Below, one piece after another: positions 1-14,032 of a stretch of DNA of 64,000 bases. How positions within the stretch are numbered: the first letter of the stretch is position 1; each line of letters starts with the position of its first letter. The position numbers and the translations under genes are program-made. The notes beneath the pieces are model-generated. The model ran no database searches, was not told where the DNA came from, and saw nothing but the letters and a program-made list of their open reading frames with translations. The stretch lies in NCBI GenBank assembly GCA_028534125.1, contig CM052817.1, positions 60,390,001-60,454,000 on the forward strand, in the 5' to 3' direction. The stretch comes from Lama glama. Taxonomy: Eukaryota.

Positions 1-189
1 CTTTGCAATCTGAAAAAAAATACAAAGCTATTTATATTTTGACTTGAAAAATTATTTTAAAATGTTTTATTGTTAAGTGTTTATCACTGGGTACTTAAAG
101 ATTTTAAGCACAGCTTCCTAAACACAAAGTCCTGGGAACTGGATTTCTCTAAAAAATGATTTTATGAGTTTGCTTCACTCATAAAGGCG

Positions 190-255
190 TTCTGGTGCTT
201 AGATAATGTCTAGCACATGGTAAGTGCTCAGCAGATATGTTACGTGAATGAATAG
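190..255 (+). mobile_element. L2 3' end fragment
   Basis: tgtctagcacatggtaagtgctca...gtgaatgaat is a typical L2 tail. Confidence 0.6.
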
Positions 256-371
256 TTATCTTCTATTTGTGACAATTAAGTAATATGGAAGGATAGAAGC
301 CATATATGCAGAATATTGTGCAGAGTACAAACTGAGGAGTGTAACTGCTCAGGCCCATATGCTTCCATCGT

Positions 372-570
372 ACAGACCATGGTTTTAAAACCCAGCTCTG
401 ACACTTGTCATGTTCCTTTGAGTAAGTGAGTTAACATCTCCAAATATAAGTTTTCTCTACTGCAAAGTAGAAATATAACACTGCTTACAAACTTCACAAG
501 TTGCACATAAGACAATGCCAGACACACATTAAGCCCTCAGTATATGTCTTGTATGTCAGGATCATTATTT
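372..570 (+). mobile_element. MIR SINE
   Basis: aaaacccagctctgacacttg...gagtaagtgagttaacatctc resembles the MIR core. Confidence 0.65.
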
Positions 571-902
571 CCAGTGACATAACATACGTACAAAGCAAAG
601 AAAAGAATGAAAGTGGAAGGGACCTTGTAGGAAAGAAAAAATTCAAACTGCTTTATATATAATAATTAACTTACAGGCCTTAGTCTCCTTTATATATTTC
701 ATAAAAGTAAATTCTGCCTTCTCAATTATAGCATATTAATATATTTCTGGGTTTAGTATATCCATTGAAGTGTGACTTTGAAGATTGTTTAAAATGCACC
801 AAAAAACATTACTTTAAGTGTGTTTAGTGACCTAATGTGAACCTAATGGGCTCACTTCACTTGTCAATAGCTGTAAGTTATAAGTAAACTCACATACGAT
901 GG

Positions 903-1025
903 CTAGAATGTCAGTTCCACAAGGGTGGGGATTGTCATCTGTCTTGTTCACTGCTAGTTCCCTAGTTTTCCAAGGTACATCCTAAATATGATCGGTGTGT
1001 AATAAGTTATTTGTTGAGTGTAAAT
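903..1025 (+). mobile_element. L2 3' end
   Basis: ctagaatgtcagttccacaagggtggggattgtc...tgtcttgttcactgct...tatttgttgagtg. Confidence 0.75.
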
Positions 1026-1424
1026 GTGGCAGCATTATATGTATTTAGATCTTTTAAAATAATTTTGACCCTGCTGGTGTAAATCAACCTCATACAATTC
1101 TATGACAAAGGAATGCTCTGTTCCCAAGTCATTTGCTTGGGCGAATGGCACCATCAATTTACATCTTAGTAAGAAGTAGAGGAAGCAGTTGCTCTTTTCA
1201 GTGCCACATTCCCTTGGCTGCCAATTCTGTACCGACCTGAGGAAATGATGCCACTAGCTTGCGACTCCTCAGCACCAGACCCAGTGTGACATTCCTGTGC
1301 ACACAGAGGAAGAAACACAGAGGGCTTATGCAAAGCTTTTGGAGCAGCAATGCACATAAAATCCAAAATCTTTATTTCCTCTCATGGGTGCAGAACAGCC
1401 ATGAGGGAACCTAGGATAGCGAAG

Positions 1425-1775
1425 AATCTGAAGATTGTCTTATAAGTTACGACCTGGATGTTTAGCTCAGAGAAGAGCTTTTATAGATGTAATAATAGTC
1501 TTCAGATATTGATACTCTGTCAAGAGAAATGTCAGCTAGATAATTTTCACTATTACAGAGGACAGAGCAGGGTTATGGGTAAAATTTTCAAAGAAGTAAT
1601 TTTCAATTCAGTACCAAAAATATTTTTTAAGAGCTAGAGCTACTCAAAATTGAATAACCTACCTGGTTAGTTAATGTGCTAGTTAATTCTCTATGTGGAA
1701 GTTTACAGGGAGAGGCTGTTGCACCTATTCAAATGCTGAGTGTTTTGAGTGGAAAATTGAAGGGATAACTTAAGG
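1425..1775 (+). mobile_element. CR1/L3 LINE 3' fragment
   Basis: ctggatgtttagctcagagaagag, atagtcttcagatatt and ggaagtttacagggagaggctg resemble the L3 3' region. Confidence 0.6.
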
Positions 1776-4118
1776 TTACATTTTTTAAAAGGGCTGTGGT
1801 ATCTGGCTAGAGTAGCAAAAAAATTTAACCTATATAGTGTATCTATTATTTATTAGTGAAGTTACAGACATTTTCACACCATACTTAGATACACAAAACA
1901 GAGGCAGTAATTATATAATTAACATAATCTTCTTAGCAAGGATGCATCATGTAAGGTAGGAGCAGGGAAAGTGTGCATGGTGAGATCTCTTTAAATTTGC
2001 CGTTACAAATGCTTCTGGTTGAAATAGTCTCTTTCCTTATAAATACCCCCACCCCCAGCCCCTCTGAAGGACACCACGGAAAGGCTTGGGCTTACTCATT
2101 TTTTTTTTTTTTTGACAGTTGGGGAGAGCTAAGGGGCCAGGTGACTGGCCGCTTTGCCAGTGGAGACCTCAGACATGCAACTGGTTTCGTCTGCTATTTT
2201 TTGGTGTTTGTCCTGCATGTCTCTAAAATTTGTGCTCATTTGCTCTTATTTGGGAAGTCCTAGCAAATGACGGTCTCTTTGTCTTGAACCCTGGGCCTCT
2301 AGCTTTCTCAGAAGCTGCATCCTGTTAGAGGGCATGTAGAAATTTCCAACCCCCTGAATGTTACTCATGGAACATGGCCAGAAGCACTGCTTCGGTCCAT
2401 CTCTGTTTCTGCCCTCTGTGCCACCATCACCGTATTTGAAATTTAAGAGGTGGGTGTAGAACTTTACAGAGAGGCTGGGATCTGAGGTCTAGTATGCCCG
2501 GGAAGAGTGCCCTGAGAATCTCGAAATCCCACAAGCTAATTCTGTCTGTTTCCTAATCCTTTCCCACTTTCTTCGCTTGAGAATTTCACCTCAACAGGAG
2601 AACTATGAAGACGTGTAACTTTGATATCACTTCCCATGATGATCTCAATCTTCTCACCAGCAATCGAGGCAGAAAATGGGCACTGTCTTCTTAGTTAAAA
2701 CTCTGTGATCAAGTCAGCCAAGCCCGGATCTTGATAAGGCTAACAAAATTATATTAAAACAACCTCAAGTATTACAGTTATGATACCCATGAACTATAAA
2801 TAGAACAAAAGATTAGAATAAGTGTGGTATAAATACATTTAATTTCATAATCTGAGTCATATGGAATAATATATCACTGTTAAAAATGAAGGAACATCTC
2901 ACTTTAGTATTTTAAATGTGAAAACTATAAGGCCAGGGGGCAATATTCCAGAGAAAGAATAGTTTTCATCTCAAAATGATATTCAGTCCGATAATCACAC
3001 TTGTTTGATGTGCCTCAATGTGCAGTAAAATAAAAATGTGTGTTTGAGTTCTGAAACTCTAGATTTAAATTTGATAAAGTATGCATCAGACTTTAATAGG
3101 TATGAATCAGCCTCAGTGTAAACAGATTTCATACAGAATGCAAGCTGTTTATTTTGGAATGCTCAGTTTAACTTGGTAAAATATAAAGATGAATACTAAT
3201 CTCTAAAGTGTGAAAGGAACAATTGTCCAAGAAATAGCACAAATGACTTTAAAAAAAGCAATCTAATTCTTTTTGTTTCAGCTTATAAATTTGGAGTGAA
3301 AATACACCAAGATAACAAGATAATTAAGTCCTCATAAATTAATCTTAAAACCTTAAGATGTTATCTTTAAACCTACGCATTTTGCTTATTAACTATCTAA
3401 TTCTTTGTTTGCAATTTTTAAGATAGGTTTTCGTCAGGCTTGAAATTCTACTTTGTGAACTAGAATGGAAAAATAAGCAGGAAGGGGAAAAAAAAAAGAG
3501 AAACCTACTTTAAAAAATATTTGGCAATGATAAGCAAAGGTGGTTATTTACTCTTGACTAAAAAAGATGAAGACAAAAATACCCACATTGCCTTTCCAAG
3601 AAAAGCATGAGATGAAACAAACTTAAGGTATAATTTTACTAGAAATGAAAGAGGAATAGAGTATTTATAATTATCCACAGCTTAATTGAACAGGTGAACA
3701 CATGCTGGTTGGCATGTGCGCTCATTATATGTTTCAAGTTTGCTAAACTACTTCTTGCTGCTTCAGGCCTGCATCTATAACCAAATGGTGTTCAGTACCA
3801 ACTCTTCGCTGTCACCAGCCATGATTGTAAAAGACTGAGAACTCCCTTTTTGTGTCTTACTCTGGTGGAAGAAATGCTGCCTGAAAATGAACAACAGTAA
3901 AGATCTAATCAGATTGTGACCTATAGTTTAGAAAATATTTTGGAGGTTTCAGAGAGGGATGATTTATGGCCAGGGAGTAAATAACTTAAGAATGTTGGGC
4001 GGTTGTAAAATGTAACTCTGAAAGTATAGTTGGAAATACTCTGATGAAGATAAAAAGAAGAACATGATCAAAGAAACCAACAATGGTCCACATTTTTCAG
4101 CGTTTACCTGGAGAAAGG

Positions 4119-4570
4119 CTGCTGGGAAAGGCAGTCCCATGGGCAGTCTTTTGACCCCTTTTCAGCCACATAAGAATGCACCTGGGGCCTGGAACACTCC
4201 CTTACCAAGAGATAAAGAGCCCACACTGTCCGTGCCATGCTTATCGCCTTCTGTGGGAAGATCTTTCCCTGTTTCAGACTCAGTGTGTACTCCTTTGTTC
4301 TGCTTAAGCATGTGTGTCAGTGGCCTTCAGCCTCACCCCCCAGCTTTCAGTATTTCAAACTGCACAGGTTGGAGTCCATCTGCTACATCACAAGAGGTGT
4401 GCATGCGGGCTGCCAGTGGGTCAAGAACAGGGGCCCACACACACTATTGCAATTGATTTTGCTCCGTCTCTATGTGAGTAGAAGCATTGCTCCATCCGGT
4501 GCTTGACTGTATTGTGTTTTCCTTGGTGACTCTGATACCAAGAGGCAGTGGGCAGAAGTGCGTGTCCTGT
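4119..4570 (+). mobile_element. Ancient ERVL-class LTR (MER54/MER74-like)
   Basis: tgctgggaaaggcagtcccatgggcagtcttttgacccc...gggcctggaacactccttaccaagagataaagagccc. Confidence 0.55.
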
Positions 4571-5039
4571 TGATTTTAATGAAGACAAAGAAAGCCTAAA
4601 TATGAAACTAGGAAATAGTGCCTAAGAATAATTGAATGTGCTTTGAATTAGTAATCAATGTCTAATTTATGAAGATAGATTGGAATGAAAGGCCTAAAAA
4701 GGACTAGAGGTAAAAATTAACAAAAAATAAATAAGTAAAATAGTGGCTTCCTGTTTGCTACAGCATGGTATACCAGAGAACTGGAGTGATATCCCACTTA
4801 AAACAACTGAAAATGGTATGTCAGTTTTGAAAATGTCTTTATACATGCTTGTATAAGCTGGGAAAACCACCCAGACCAAAATCAGGTGGAGTGCTGCATC
4901 TAGCTTTCATTTTGAGGGCATATGCCAAACCAAGTGAATCTGAACATTGGTTTTTACAGGCTTCTAGGGCTCAGGGAACAAGGGAAAAAACCCGGGGCCT
5001 GCCGCTCCTACCAGAAAGGTGGGAGAGCCAAGCTATTTG

Positions 5040-5310
5040 CTCACCAGTTGTGTTTCTTTCTTTGAGCACAATGGAAAACACTGTTTCACCACCTCTCTCG
5101 AGTTAGGTAAAGGCAATGCGATGCAGCCGATCTGGCCGGTGTGATGTGAATGCAAGTGTCATGTTTTTTTTGCAGGCCAGGCTGCAACATAGGTCTTCTC
5201 CTTTCAGCAGGCTATGCGGTTATGTGCAGAAGACGTCAGGGTCCCACTTTCGGGTAAAACTGATCACTGACTCAGTGCACAGGAAGGAGCACCGAGGAGA
5301 GTTGTGATTC
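5040..5310 (+). mobile_element. Probable MaLR (MLT1) LTR fragment
   Basis: aacactgtttcaccacctctctcgagttagg...tctggccggtgtgatgtgaatgcaagtgtcatg resembles the 5' part of old MLT1 elements. Confidence 0.4.
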
Positions 5311-6299
5311 TCCTTAATACATCCTTCCACAGCTCTGATTTTAGTGTTCTCACTTTTCTTGTGAAATAATTAAGATTCATATCCCCTAAGATTCTTCTAA
5401 TCCTAAAGTTTTATGATTTTTTTTTAAATACATTATGAAGAATTTGAAGGTAGGCATGACATTTTGTTTCATATTGTATGAACGACCCATGAAACAGACT
5501 TGGTAAATTTTGAATGAATCTGTGAACAACTAATTCCAAAGGTACTTTTCCCTGCAAAAGTGTCCTCTGTGGCAGCTATCCCTACTTTTAGTCAAAATTG
5601 TATTCCTTCAATGTCACCATCTTATTAAGGCACGCATTTTTAGGGGAAAAAAATCATTGAACAAATTCACCCTCAGGAATAATGGTATGAGCCCTGCAGG
5701 CTGACTGATACTCAGTTACTGTGCACTGGTATTGTTTACACAAGTTGTTAAAACATTCCCATAACATTTCATAAATATCTTCAGCTTCAAACCCTCCACT
5801 ATTCCTGCCCCTACAACCTGTTGGCCATCTTTGCTTGGGTTTCTACAGGTTCTGACAATTTTATCATGTTCATTTTTCATTATTTCTCAATACCTGTGTA
5901 GTCTCAGTGATTGTCCTAGTGAGCTTGACTTTGTGTATTCATGGTCATCTTTTTTCCTCTCTAACTTCCTTTATTCAGTTATTCACCAAATTCTCTTAAT
6001 CATACTTCCTCAATATCCTTTGAATGGGTTCTGTTTCTTCATTCCCACTGCCAAATAATGGATGGTCCAGCCATTCTCAACTGTAGAAAATTCCCATCCA
6101 AGCCCTATTTCCTCATGCCCCTGCATATTCTACTTCTCAGCAAATAATACCTTTTTCAGTCTCAACACTCTTTTCTGTCTTAAAGATGCCTCCTGCTTAT
6201 CGTTTGGGAAATTTAAATAGCTCTCTGTGGCCACAGCCTAGCATACAAAGGGGAAAGGCAAAGTGTAGAGAAAAACACAGAGGCTTCACCTGAGGATAC

Positions 6300-6865
6300 T
6301 TGTAAGAAAAATTAAAGATGCTAAACTTTGTGTCTGAAAGAGGTAAGGAATTATGATGTTTCATTAGCAGGAAAGTGAAAAACTAATTTGCCCTCTAGAA
6401 GTATTACTCAGGCAGGAAGGGCAGTATTGGGGTAAATTGGAGGCCATGATAATTGGAGCAAAGAGCAATAATCCAGGCCAAACAGATGGCTGTGCTCCCA
6501 AGTCCTGGAGGATAGAAAAGGGAAGGGTCAAAGTATTTGAGAAAGTAGTATTGACACAACATCGTGTTTGATTGGCTGTGGAGGGTGAAATAGAGGGAGG
6601 GATTTAGAGTAAGCAAAAGATTATGGCTGGGATGAATGGATGTAACAGCTATTAACTAAAATGGGGAAAACAGAGAAGAACACTGACATGGCTGTGCATG
6701 TGTGGGTGATGACTTTGATTTAGATCTAATAGTTCTGAGAGGCCTTTAGGGGACACAAGGGAAGATTTGCAGTAGGTTGTTGAATGTATGAACTTAGAAC
6801 CTAGATGAGAGTTCTGGTCTGGGCAGGTAGATTTGAAACCCATCAGCCTATCAGTGGTCATTAAA
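6300..6865 (-). mobile_element. L2 LINE fragment
   Basis: gcagtaggttgttgaatgtatgaacttagaacctagatgagagttctggtctgggcaggtagatttgaaacccatcagc is antisense L2. Confidence 0.7.
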
Positions 6866-6869
6866 CACT

Positions 6870-7405
6870 TTGCCTTCCTGATTGCTGAGGCTGGATGGAA
6901 GGAAAAGGAGTAGTGGTCACCCTACTTACCCGTTGTTTCTGTCATAATTTTCAGCACAAGTAGTTGCCTAATGGAAGTAACACAAGTGAAAAAGATGTGA
7001 TAGGGTTCCTGAGTCATTTTCAGTCATTTATATTTCTTAGAACGTTTTTTATCTGCATTTGAAGCAAATTCTGGTTCAAATAGAAAGCCTCTCAGGGCTG
7101 TCAGTGCCTCTCCTTATTCTGAGACTTACTGAAGTCCTGTGTTCCATGGCTATGTAAGAATTCCATACCCAGGGGATAGGGCAAATGCCACATGAGAACA
7201 GGGCAAGAAGGAACCATGGATACTTCTATTACATGTATATGTTTTGCTCAAGCTTGTGGTTTATTGTCCCATCAGTTTTCAAGTTCAGACATAAAATTAT
7301 CACAATTTCAAGATAGCAGTGGAGTGCATTAAACCAAGCGCAGGGCCTTTCTGGGTGTGGGGCGCATGAGACTGCCCAGGTTGTATGCCCATGAAGCTGT
7401 CCCTG
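6870..7405 (-). mobile_element. hAT-Tip100 DNA transposon remnant (MER45-like)
   Basis: The end gcccatgaagctgtccctg is the reverse complement of the MER45 terminus CAGGGCCGGCTTCATGGG; internal attaaaccaagcgcagggcc fits. Confidence 0.65.
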
Positions 7406-8574
7406 TGTATTATGTTCTGTCATATGGCTTCATCCTGTAACACAGTACAGGTTGTTTGGCTGATCAGTGTTTACCATTCAGGCAGATGGCAATAATTATA
7501 AAGATACATGGTTATGACAGTGTGGGGAAAATGTCACCCCTCCTTCTTGTCTCTTCAGTTGTATCCTTAGAGTTATCTTTGGCTATAGAAAAGCTATATG
7601 TTAGCAATAAATATAGTCATCCTCTTATACACATCTTTATCACCCACCAAGCATTTTCTTAAACATGGCATGGAGGACACCAGTTTTGCTTTGATTTGGT
7701 TTTTTCAGCTTTGATTCACCTTTCGTGATCATGTTTCTTTTGTGGGCTTTTCTGCCACTAGAGGGAAAAGTTTGTGTTCAGCTGCAACTCATTATGCAGG
7801 GGCCAGGGAGAGAAGGAAAATAATGTATGTTTGTATAGGGAGATGAAGAAATGAATGCACCTTCATGAGAAGTTTTGTCATTTTAGATTTATCCTTGATA
7901 TGTGCCTTTTTATACAGGAAACTTTTTTTTTAATAGATGAAGCCTCCAGCAGTCCCATTATCTAAATCTGTATTTGCTTCTGTCATTGTCACATAATAAT
8001 TTTCCATTTACTGAGTTGCTGAGGAAAGAAAAAGGAGAAGGTTGCATCAGTTTATTAGGGCCAGTTGCATATGTGGCTTTTATAAATCTTCCAGAATTTC
8101 TACTCTACTATCTTACCTTGCAGAAAAGATATTTGCATATCTAAGTCATATTTACATTTTTTATAATTCTAAACTTATATTACCTTCTTAAGTAAACATT
8201 GAGGAATATAACCATCTACCATTTAGCAGCTCTGGAGTTATAATTTGGCAAAGCAAATATTTGTCCCCCAACCATCTTTGGCAGAATGTAGGGATATAGG
8301 TAGTTTGTTTTATGAAGTGTTAAAAATGTCTTACTCTGTGTCTTAGACTAGACATAAATTTTGTATAAACTGAATGAAGGTGTTTAAACACACAGATTTG
8401 CCAACCCACAGATGACTTGAAAAGATTGTGCTATGATGACTTAAAATCAAGAAATGAATATGAGCAGTTTGTAAACTATCAATACAGAAGTGGTGAATGA
8501 GAGTGAAATATATGTCTTTGAAAAATATCCTTAGGTATTTTTTTTTATTCCCTAATGAGACATAAAGATATTCT

Positions 8575-8620
8575 CTTTTTAAAATTTTTTATTGATTTAG
8601 AATCATTTTACAATGTGTCA
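8575..8620 (-). mobile_element. ~45-nt 5'-truncated L1 3' tip with 15-bp TSD
   Basis: Reverse complement reads tgacacattgtaaaatgattctaaatcaataaaaaa. Flanks are acataaagatattct (8560-8574) and acataaagacattct (8621-8635). Confidence 0.8.
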
Positions 8621-8956
8621 ACATAAAGACATTCTTTAATTCTGCAACACTTTTTTGTTTCATTTTATATAGTAACTATTTGTTGTAATTACTATAAATA
8701 TAGTTGAGCATACACACACTCTCACACAATTTTTTACTGACTTCCTGGAACCCTTGAATTAAAGCAGAAGTGAGCACTCCAAATGATAATTTCAGATTTC
8801 TTTCATTCTAAAACTTTTTCAGTAGAATATTTTTCTCTGAAATTGTAATACATTTTACATATTTGTATATATTTAAGATAGTATATTTTCTTGAAAAGGT
8901 TTTATTAAATTGATGATGTGTTTTACAAGCAATGGTTTCTTAAATTGAGGGACTGC

Positions 8957-9165
8957 AATAATAGCTAAGACCTAAAAATGAATTTACATGATCCAGGCAT
9001 TGTGTGTTATATACTTTTCAGAAATTTTCTCATTTGATTTTCAGATATTATGAGGCAAGACTTATTTTTACCACCCTTTCCATTATGAGAAAACTGAGGC
9101 TTATAGGGCTGCCTAGGATAATGGTGCTATTAACTTGAGCTTCGGCGTCATTCCAGGCTGATTTC
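8957..9165 (-). mobile_element. MIR SINE
   Basis: ccaggcattgtg...tctcatttgatttt...atgagaaaactgaggct. Confidence 0.7.
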
Positions 9166-10894
9166 AAATGTTACATTCAAAAACCACTCTCCTGTTTTGC
9201 TTTGGACAAAGATCAATTGAGTGTTATTCACTCCTGAAAGATTTGTGCTATATAATTACTTGGCCACAATATTTTAAGGATACCATTTGTGTGTTTGTGT
9301 TTCCCTGCTAGTGGCTGTGTCTAAGTCCACATCTAAGTAAAATCACTCTTTGCAGTTGCTTGGTGTCCACCTATAAAGTAGAAAAGAATGAAATGGCTTG
9401 AGGAGATGGATAATTGCACTTGGACTGGTCAAATTACTGAAGAATCGATAATGCTGTTTCTATAAGACTATTGACGGGGAGGCTAATCTGAGCCCATGAC
9501 TTTACTTCTTGCCAATGTTTCAAGAAATATTAGATGCAGGATTATCTGCAGAACCTAAGGATCCTTGTAGCCCGACTGAAAGTAACACAGGATTATTCTA
9601 TTACAGTTGATTGTTTTCGAACACTCTGGTCATTTTCATTGTATTATAGCTATGAAGCTCCTTCATCATGCCTTTTCTGTCTCTACTGCTTTTGGAAAGG
9701 AATTTAGTATGAACAATTTGCCCTCTACTGTGCACCTTAATTTACTTATCTATTTTATAGCAAGATGATATAGTCAAAGAAATTCTATTCATACAGAGGA
9801 GACTTAGCCACTTTGAGACTTGAAGACTAATTTGCATTAAATTTCATAGATTTTATTCTATTTAAAACAGGTATTTGTTTTGTTTTGTTTTCTGTGTCTT
9901 AATGCACTCCCTAGGGCTTAAGTTCTTAACACAGGCATCTTTTATTTGGCATTGTCAGTACAAATAACTAGGTGCCACTGATAAAACTAAATTTGTGAAT
10001 TAACAAAACAATGACATGTGGGAAAAAAATAGAATAATTGTACAAAAATAAGTAGAATTAGTTCTATTATTTTAAAATAGTGATTTAAGCAGTGCAGTGA
10101 ATTGCTATCACCATTTTATTATTAAAAAGTCACAGAATTGTACAATTTGATATTTGCATTCTCATAGCAGTTAGTCACAACTCAGTTGTTATGTCAGTCA
10201 ACAGACTGTGTTTGAACTGATTCAGTGTAGAAGGAGAAGAAACTGGGCATTCTGAATTAAGAAGATACATAGATCTCTTTGGCACACACTGCCAAAGTCA
10301 GTTCCTGCCAGATAAATACATGTTCTTGTTCCACCTGGGAAAACTGTGTGACCACTACTATTCGGGTTAAGTAAGGAAACAAATTTTGATACAAGTCATT
10401 TTGTTTAATAATTAATATTAATGAGGTTAAAGTCATTGAATATGTAAGGCAAAATTAAGCTTGAAAAATACAAAAAGAAAGTGTTTTAGGTTGTCTTAAG
10501 TCTTTAAAGAAAAGTTTACTTCAAAAGATAAAAAAGAGTCTGAGTCTACTGTAATTTTGTTGACCGTTCTGAATCCAATTTCTCTGAATGATGACAGTGC
10601 TAGAAAATTGTGCTGTCAGTGGAATTAGTGCTTTATGACCTTCAGCTCCCCCTTTTACCCCTGCACTTTGGTAAAGTATACTCCATCCTCCTCAGGAATC
10701 CACAGCCCTCATAAAGATTCCAGAGCACCCGTTTAGAGGGGACCCCATTCTCATGTCTCCAGTTAGGACATTTGTCAGCCCTCTTTAATGGAATAAATAT
10801 CACGGGCTTATTCTGGATCCAGTAGGGGTGTCTCTTCTCTGAGAGAGGCTTCTGTTAATAAACTGTGTGCTCATAAGTTAACATGCATTTGTGT

Positions 10895-11050
10895 GGGCCA
10901 CGGGCCAGAGAGAGATCAGCCTCACCTGGGAACCAGCTAGAACTGTACATCCTTGGAGTCCAGCTTGATGTGGTGAACCTGAACCTGCAGTTTATCAAGG
11001 TCCCCAGGTGATGTCTATTCTATACACATTAAGGGTTGAGAAATGCTGTT
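10895..11050. mobile_element. MER5-family hAT-Charlie element
   Basis: cagcctcacctgggaac...ctgcagtttatcaaggtccccaggtgat...cacattaagggttgagaaatgctg. Confidence 0.65.
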
Positions 11051-13329
11051 GGGCCACACCAAAATAGTAACAATGCCAAACGGCCAAGAAGAAAATCCCG
11101 CAGCTGTAAAAACCACCTCAGTCTAAAGAAAGGATCCATATGCTAGCAGTACCAGGCTCCGTGGCTGGGCAGCCTGCAGGCGAAATATTCTGAGGCAGGT
11201 AAGGCTAATGGCTATTTTAGGAACTGCAGCGTTAGCATATTGAATCATTATCATTTTCTTAGTCTTTCTAAAAATTTCTCCTTATTTTACTGGGAAAAGT
11301 TCACATGGCAATGCAAAGGTTAAAAAAAGAGTTAATATATAAGCATTTGGCAATTGAGGGAGGGAGGGACGGAGAGAGAGAGAGAGAGAACTTTTTTTAA
11401 GCACAGCAGAACTTTTGACCTCTTAGAATTCGTATAATACAGATATGGCTTTGCCTTTAACTTCTGAGGTTACAGCAGAAACCTAATTTTTCAACCTTTA
11501 ATCATTACTTTGACCTTTTCTGAATTTCTTCACGTTCATCATTGTTGGAGTTTAGAACTGAGTATAGTTCACAGCTTTCTTGGGAAAAACTTTGCCCAAG
11601 AAAACTTTGAAAGAAATTTGGGTTCCTAATTACAACATCTTTTTCATGCTTTATTTTTTTTTTATTGTACTTGTGTCTCAAATTGTTGTTAAAGAATTAG
11701 CTGTGCTGGGAGTTTATATGTTTAACCACTTACCAGATGATTAGGAGTTTTTGGGGGGTAAAACATAGAAGTGAAAAATAATGTGTAAATCATGTTTTTT
11801 TTTATGTTACTGAAACTTGGTTGTCTGTCTTCAACTCCAGTTTACCTTATAGGTTTTATTTCTAAAGCTGTAGTAATAAATTCCTCCTTTTCTGCAATCT
11901 TAGCAGGATCAATTGTACTTATTGAGGTTAAAAAAGGTTTAAGTCTTCACCAGTTTCTTCCCTTACTTCCTTCAAGTTTTTCTGATTTATACCTATAGTT
12001 ATTTGTAATTCTTTTCTTAAATATGCATAATTTTAATTTTTAAGACATTTCAATTTTTATTTTGTCTGTGGCAGCAATTTAATCAGCTTCTAATATGTTT
12101 TGGAAGAGTAAATCTTCCTAACATTTTTAGGGAAAACTTACAATACTTTAAAGTTTTCTTTCCAACAGGCCTGTTAGTGTTTTTCTCATGATGACTATGT
12201 TAGCATCTTCATGATAGAAAACAACTAATTTCAGGTAGCCCGCCTATTTTTTGTTGATTTCAAACATTTGATCACTAAATACTCCAGAATGAAAAAAAAA
12301 AACCTTAGGCAGACTAATAAAGTTTTATCAGAACTATAAAGTAACCATGAATAAACACTGAATATAAAGGCAGTATTTCATGAAATTTTATTTATTTACA
12401 TATATTTATTTTGGAAGTATTGCTTAGCTAAATCAGTAACAACTTTAGTTCCTTTCTCTTGGTGACATGGAAGCTCCTTTAAAATATAATAAGCATGCCA
12501 CTTACCAAACAGTAGTTTCTTCAACTTGCTGAAATTTAAATAAGACAGCATGTGCTGGAAGAACAGAAATTCTATACTTCAGCTTATGAACTCCCTGCTT
12601 GTGTTTTCTTTACATGGATGTGCGTGTTTGTATGTTTGCTTGTTTGTTTGTTTTTACTTGACTTTATGGTCTTTAAAAAGATTGCTTGTAGACTTAGAAA
12701 CCCATAATTTATCATTATGCAACTCGGCTAATGAATTTATTTTATGGACACATCATCACCTTGTATCACTTTGTCTGTTCCACACAAACCTTGCTTTTAG
12801 AATTTCTTGAAATTCACTGTCTGGAAAAGGCTATGCTAGAAAGAATGATGATCTTACCAATAATTAGAAAGAAGCAAGAATTTGAAAGGAAATATGAGGA
12901 GTTCCATCTTCATCATGGTCAGATAAGAAAGCTGATGGAACATCCGAGAGGCAATATGAGACAGCTCAAGACACAATATTGAGTGCTGGGCAAAGACTAA
13001 ATGAAGAGAAAAGAGAAGGGCTAGGATTCATTCACACCAGCCCTCGCAGGGACAAACCTACTATTGCCTTTCTAGAACATAAGACTCTCAGCAACTCTTT
13101 TGAAGCCGGTGCTTTCTGTTTTATAAATTCACTTTATGATCATTTGGGAAGAATTCTTTCTCTTTCATCAAAAATACCCAATTTTTAAAAAATATATACA
13201 CTTTGCAATGTTACGTTGTAGACAGATAGCTTAGGAATAACATTAACACTTTTCAATCAAGATGTGTAATCTAAATTTGTACATAGAATATATGTGAATT
13301 TATAGGCTCAACAATGTGATTCCGCTTTC

Positions 13330-13485
13330 TTTGTTAATTGTTTACATATATTCATCTAAAACATGCTAGAAGCATATTGACCAAAATATCGACAGTGATT
13401 ATCTCAATGTAGTGAGATTATGAATGCCTTTTTTATTTTCCTCTTTTACTTTTCTTTACTCCAAAAAATATTTAATAAAGAAAAA
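13330..13485 (+). mobile_element. Old L1 (L1ME-like) 3' end
   Basis: ctagaagcatattgaccaaaatatcgacagtgattatctc...gagattatgaatg. Confidence 0.55.
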
Positions 13486-13924
13486 TTCAATAGAAGACAT
13501 TTGGAAAAAGAAATAAAAGCAATTCAGAATAAATGCTTCTCATGATTTTATGTTTTTGATGAGGGGCTGCCCATTAAATTTTTGGCCAAGAGAAATAAAA
13601 CTATATGACATTTTAATAGCCTGAAGAAGGATATCATGCTGACTTCACTAGTAGTAGCTAGCTATTCCTCTGGAGTAACTCTGGAAAATAAATTTGAGCA
13701 GAAAGAGTAGACTGTGCTGTTTGTAGATGTCCCGCTAACGTGTCTGGTACTGGAAATAATGTAAGAGTTGAGATTGAGATGATCAGCAAGGGCACCCAGA
13801 GTGAATGATGCCGGTTTACAGATTGAGACCGACATTATGCCATGGAATCAGGAACCCTTCTTGTGTGACTGCCTCCTCCTACCTCTCACCCCGTATTGTT
13901 CTGTAATTACTGAGTTAGCTGTCT

Positions 13925-14032
13925 TCACCTGTAGACTGTAAATTCATCAAACAGGAATTTGGGTTTGTTTACTGTACCTGGCATATAGTAGGGCCTCGAT
14001 ATATTCTGGCTAAATGAGAGATGGATGAGTGA
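13925..14032 (+). mobile_element. L2 3' end
   Basis: tagactgtaaattc...gtacctggcatatagtagggcctcgatatatt...aatgagagatggatg. Confidence 0.7.

Noticed and set aside
2110..2640. GC-richer block resembling an old LTR or regulatory element
   Set aside because: I could not identify termini, a TSD or a family with any confidence.
3960..3969. Perfect TGATTTATGG PBX-HOX site (similar motif at 17744)
   Set aside because: One or two such motifs are expected by chance in 64 kb of AT-rich DNA, and nothing else supports function.
4064..4506. 130-aa and 89-aa ORFs
   Set aside because: They lie within an LTR-like repeat and show no protein homology or supported exon structure.
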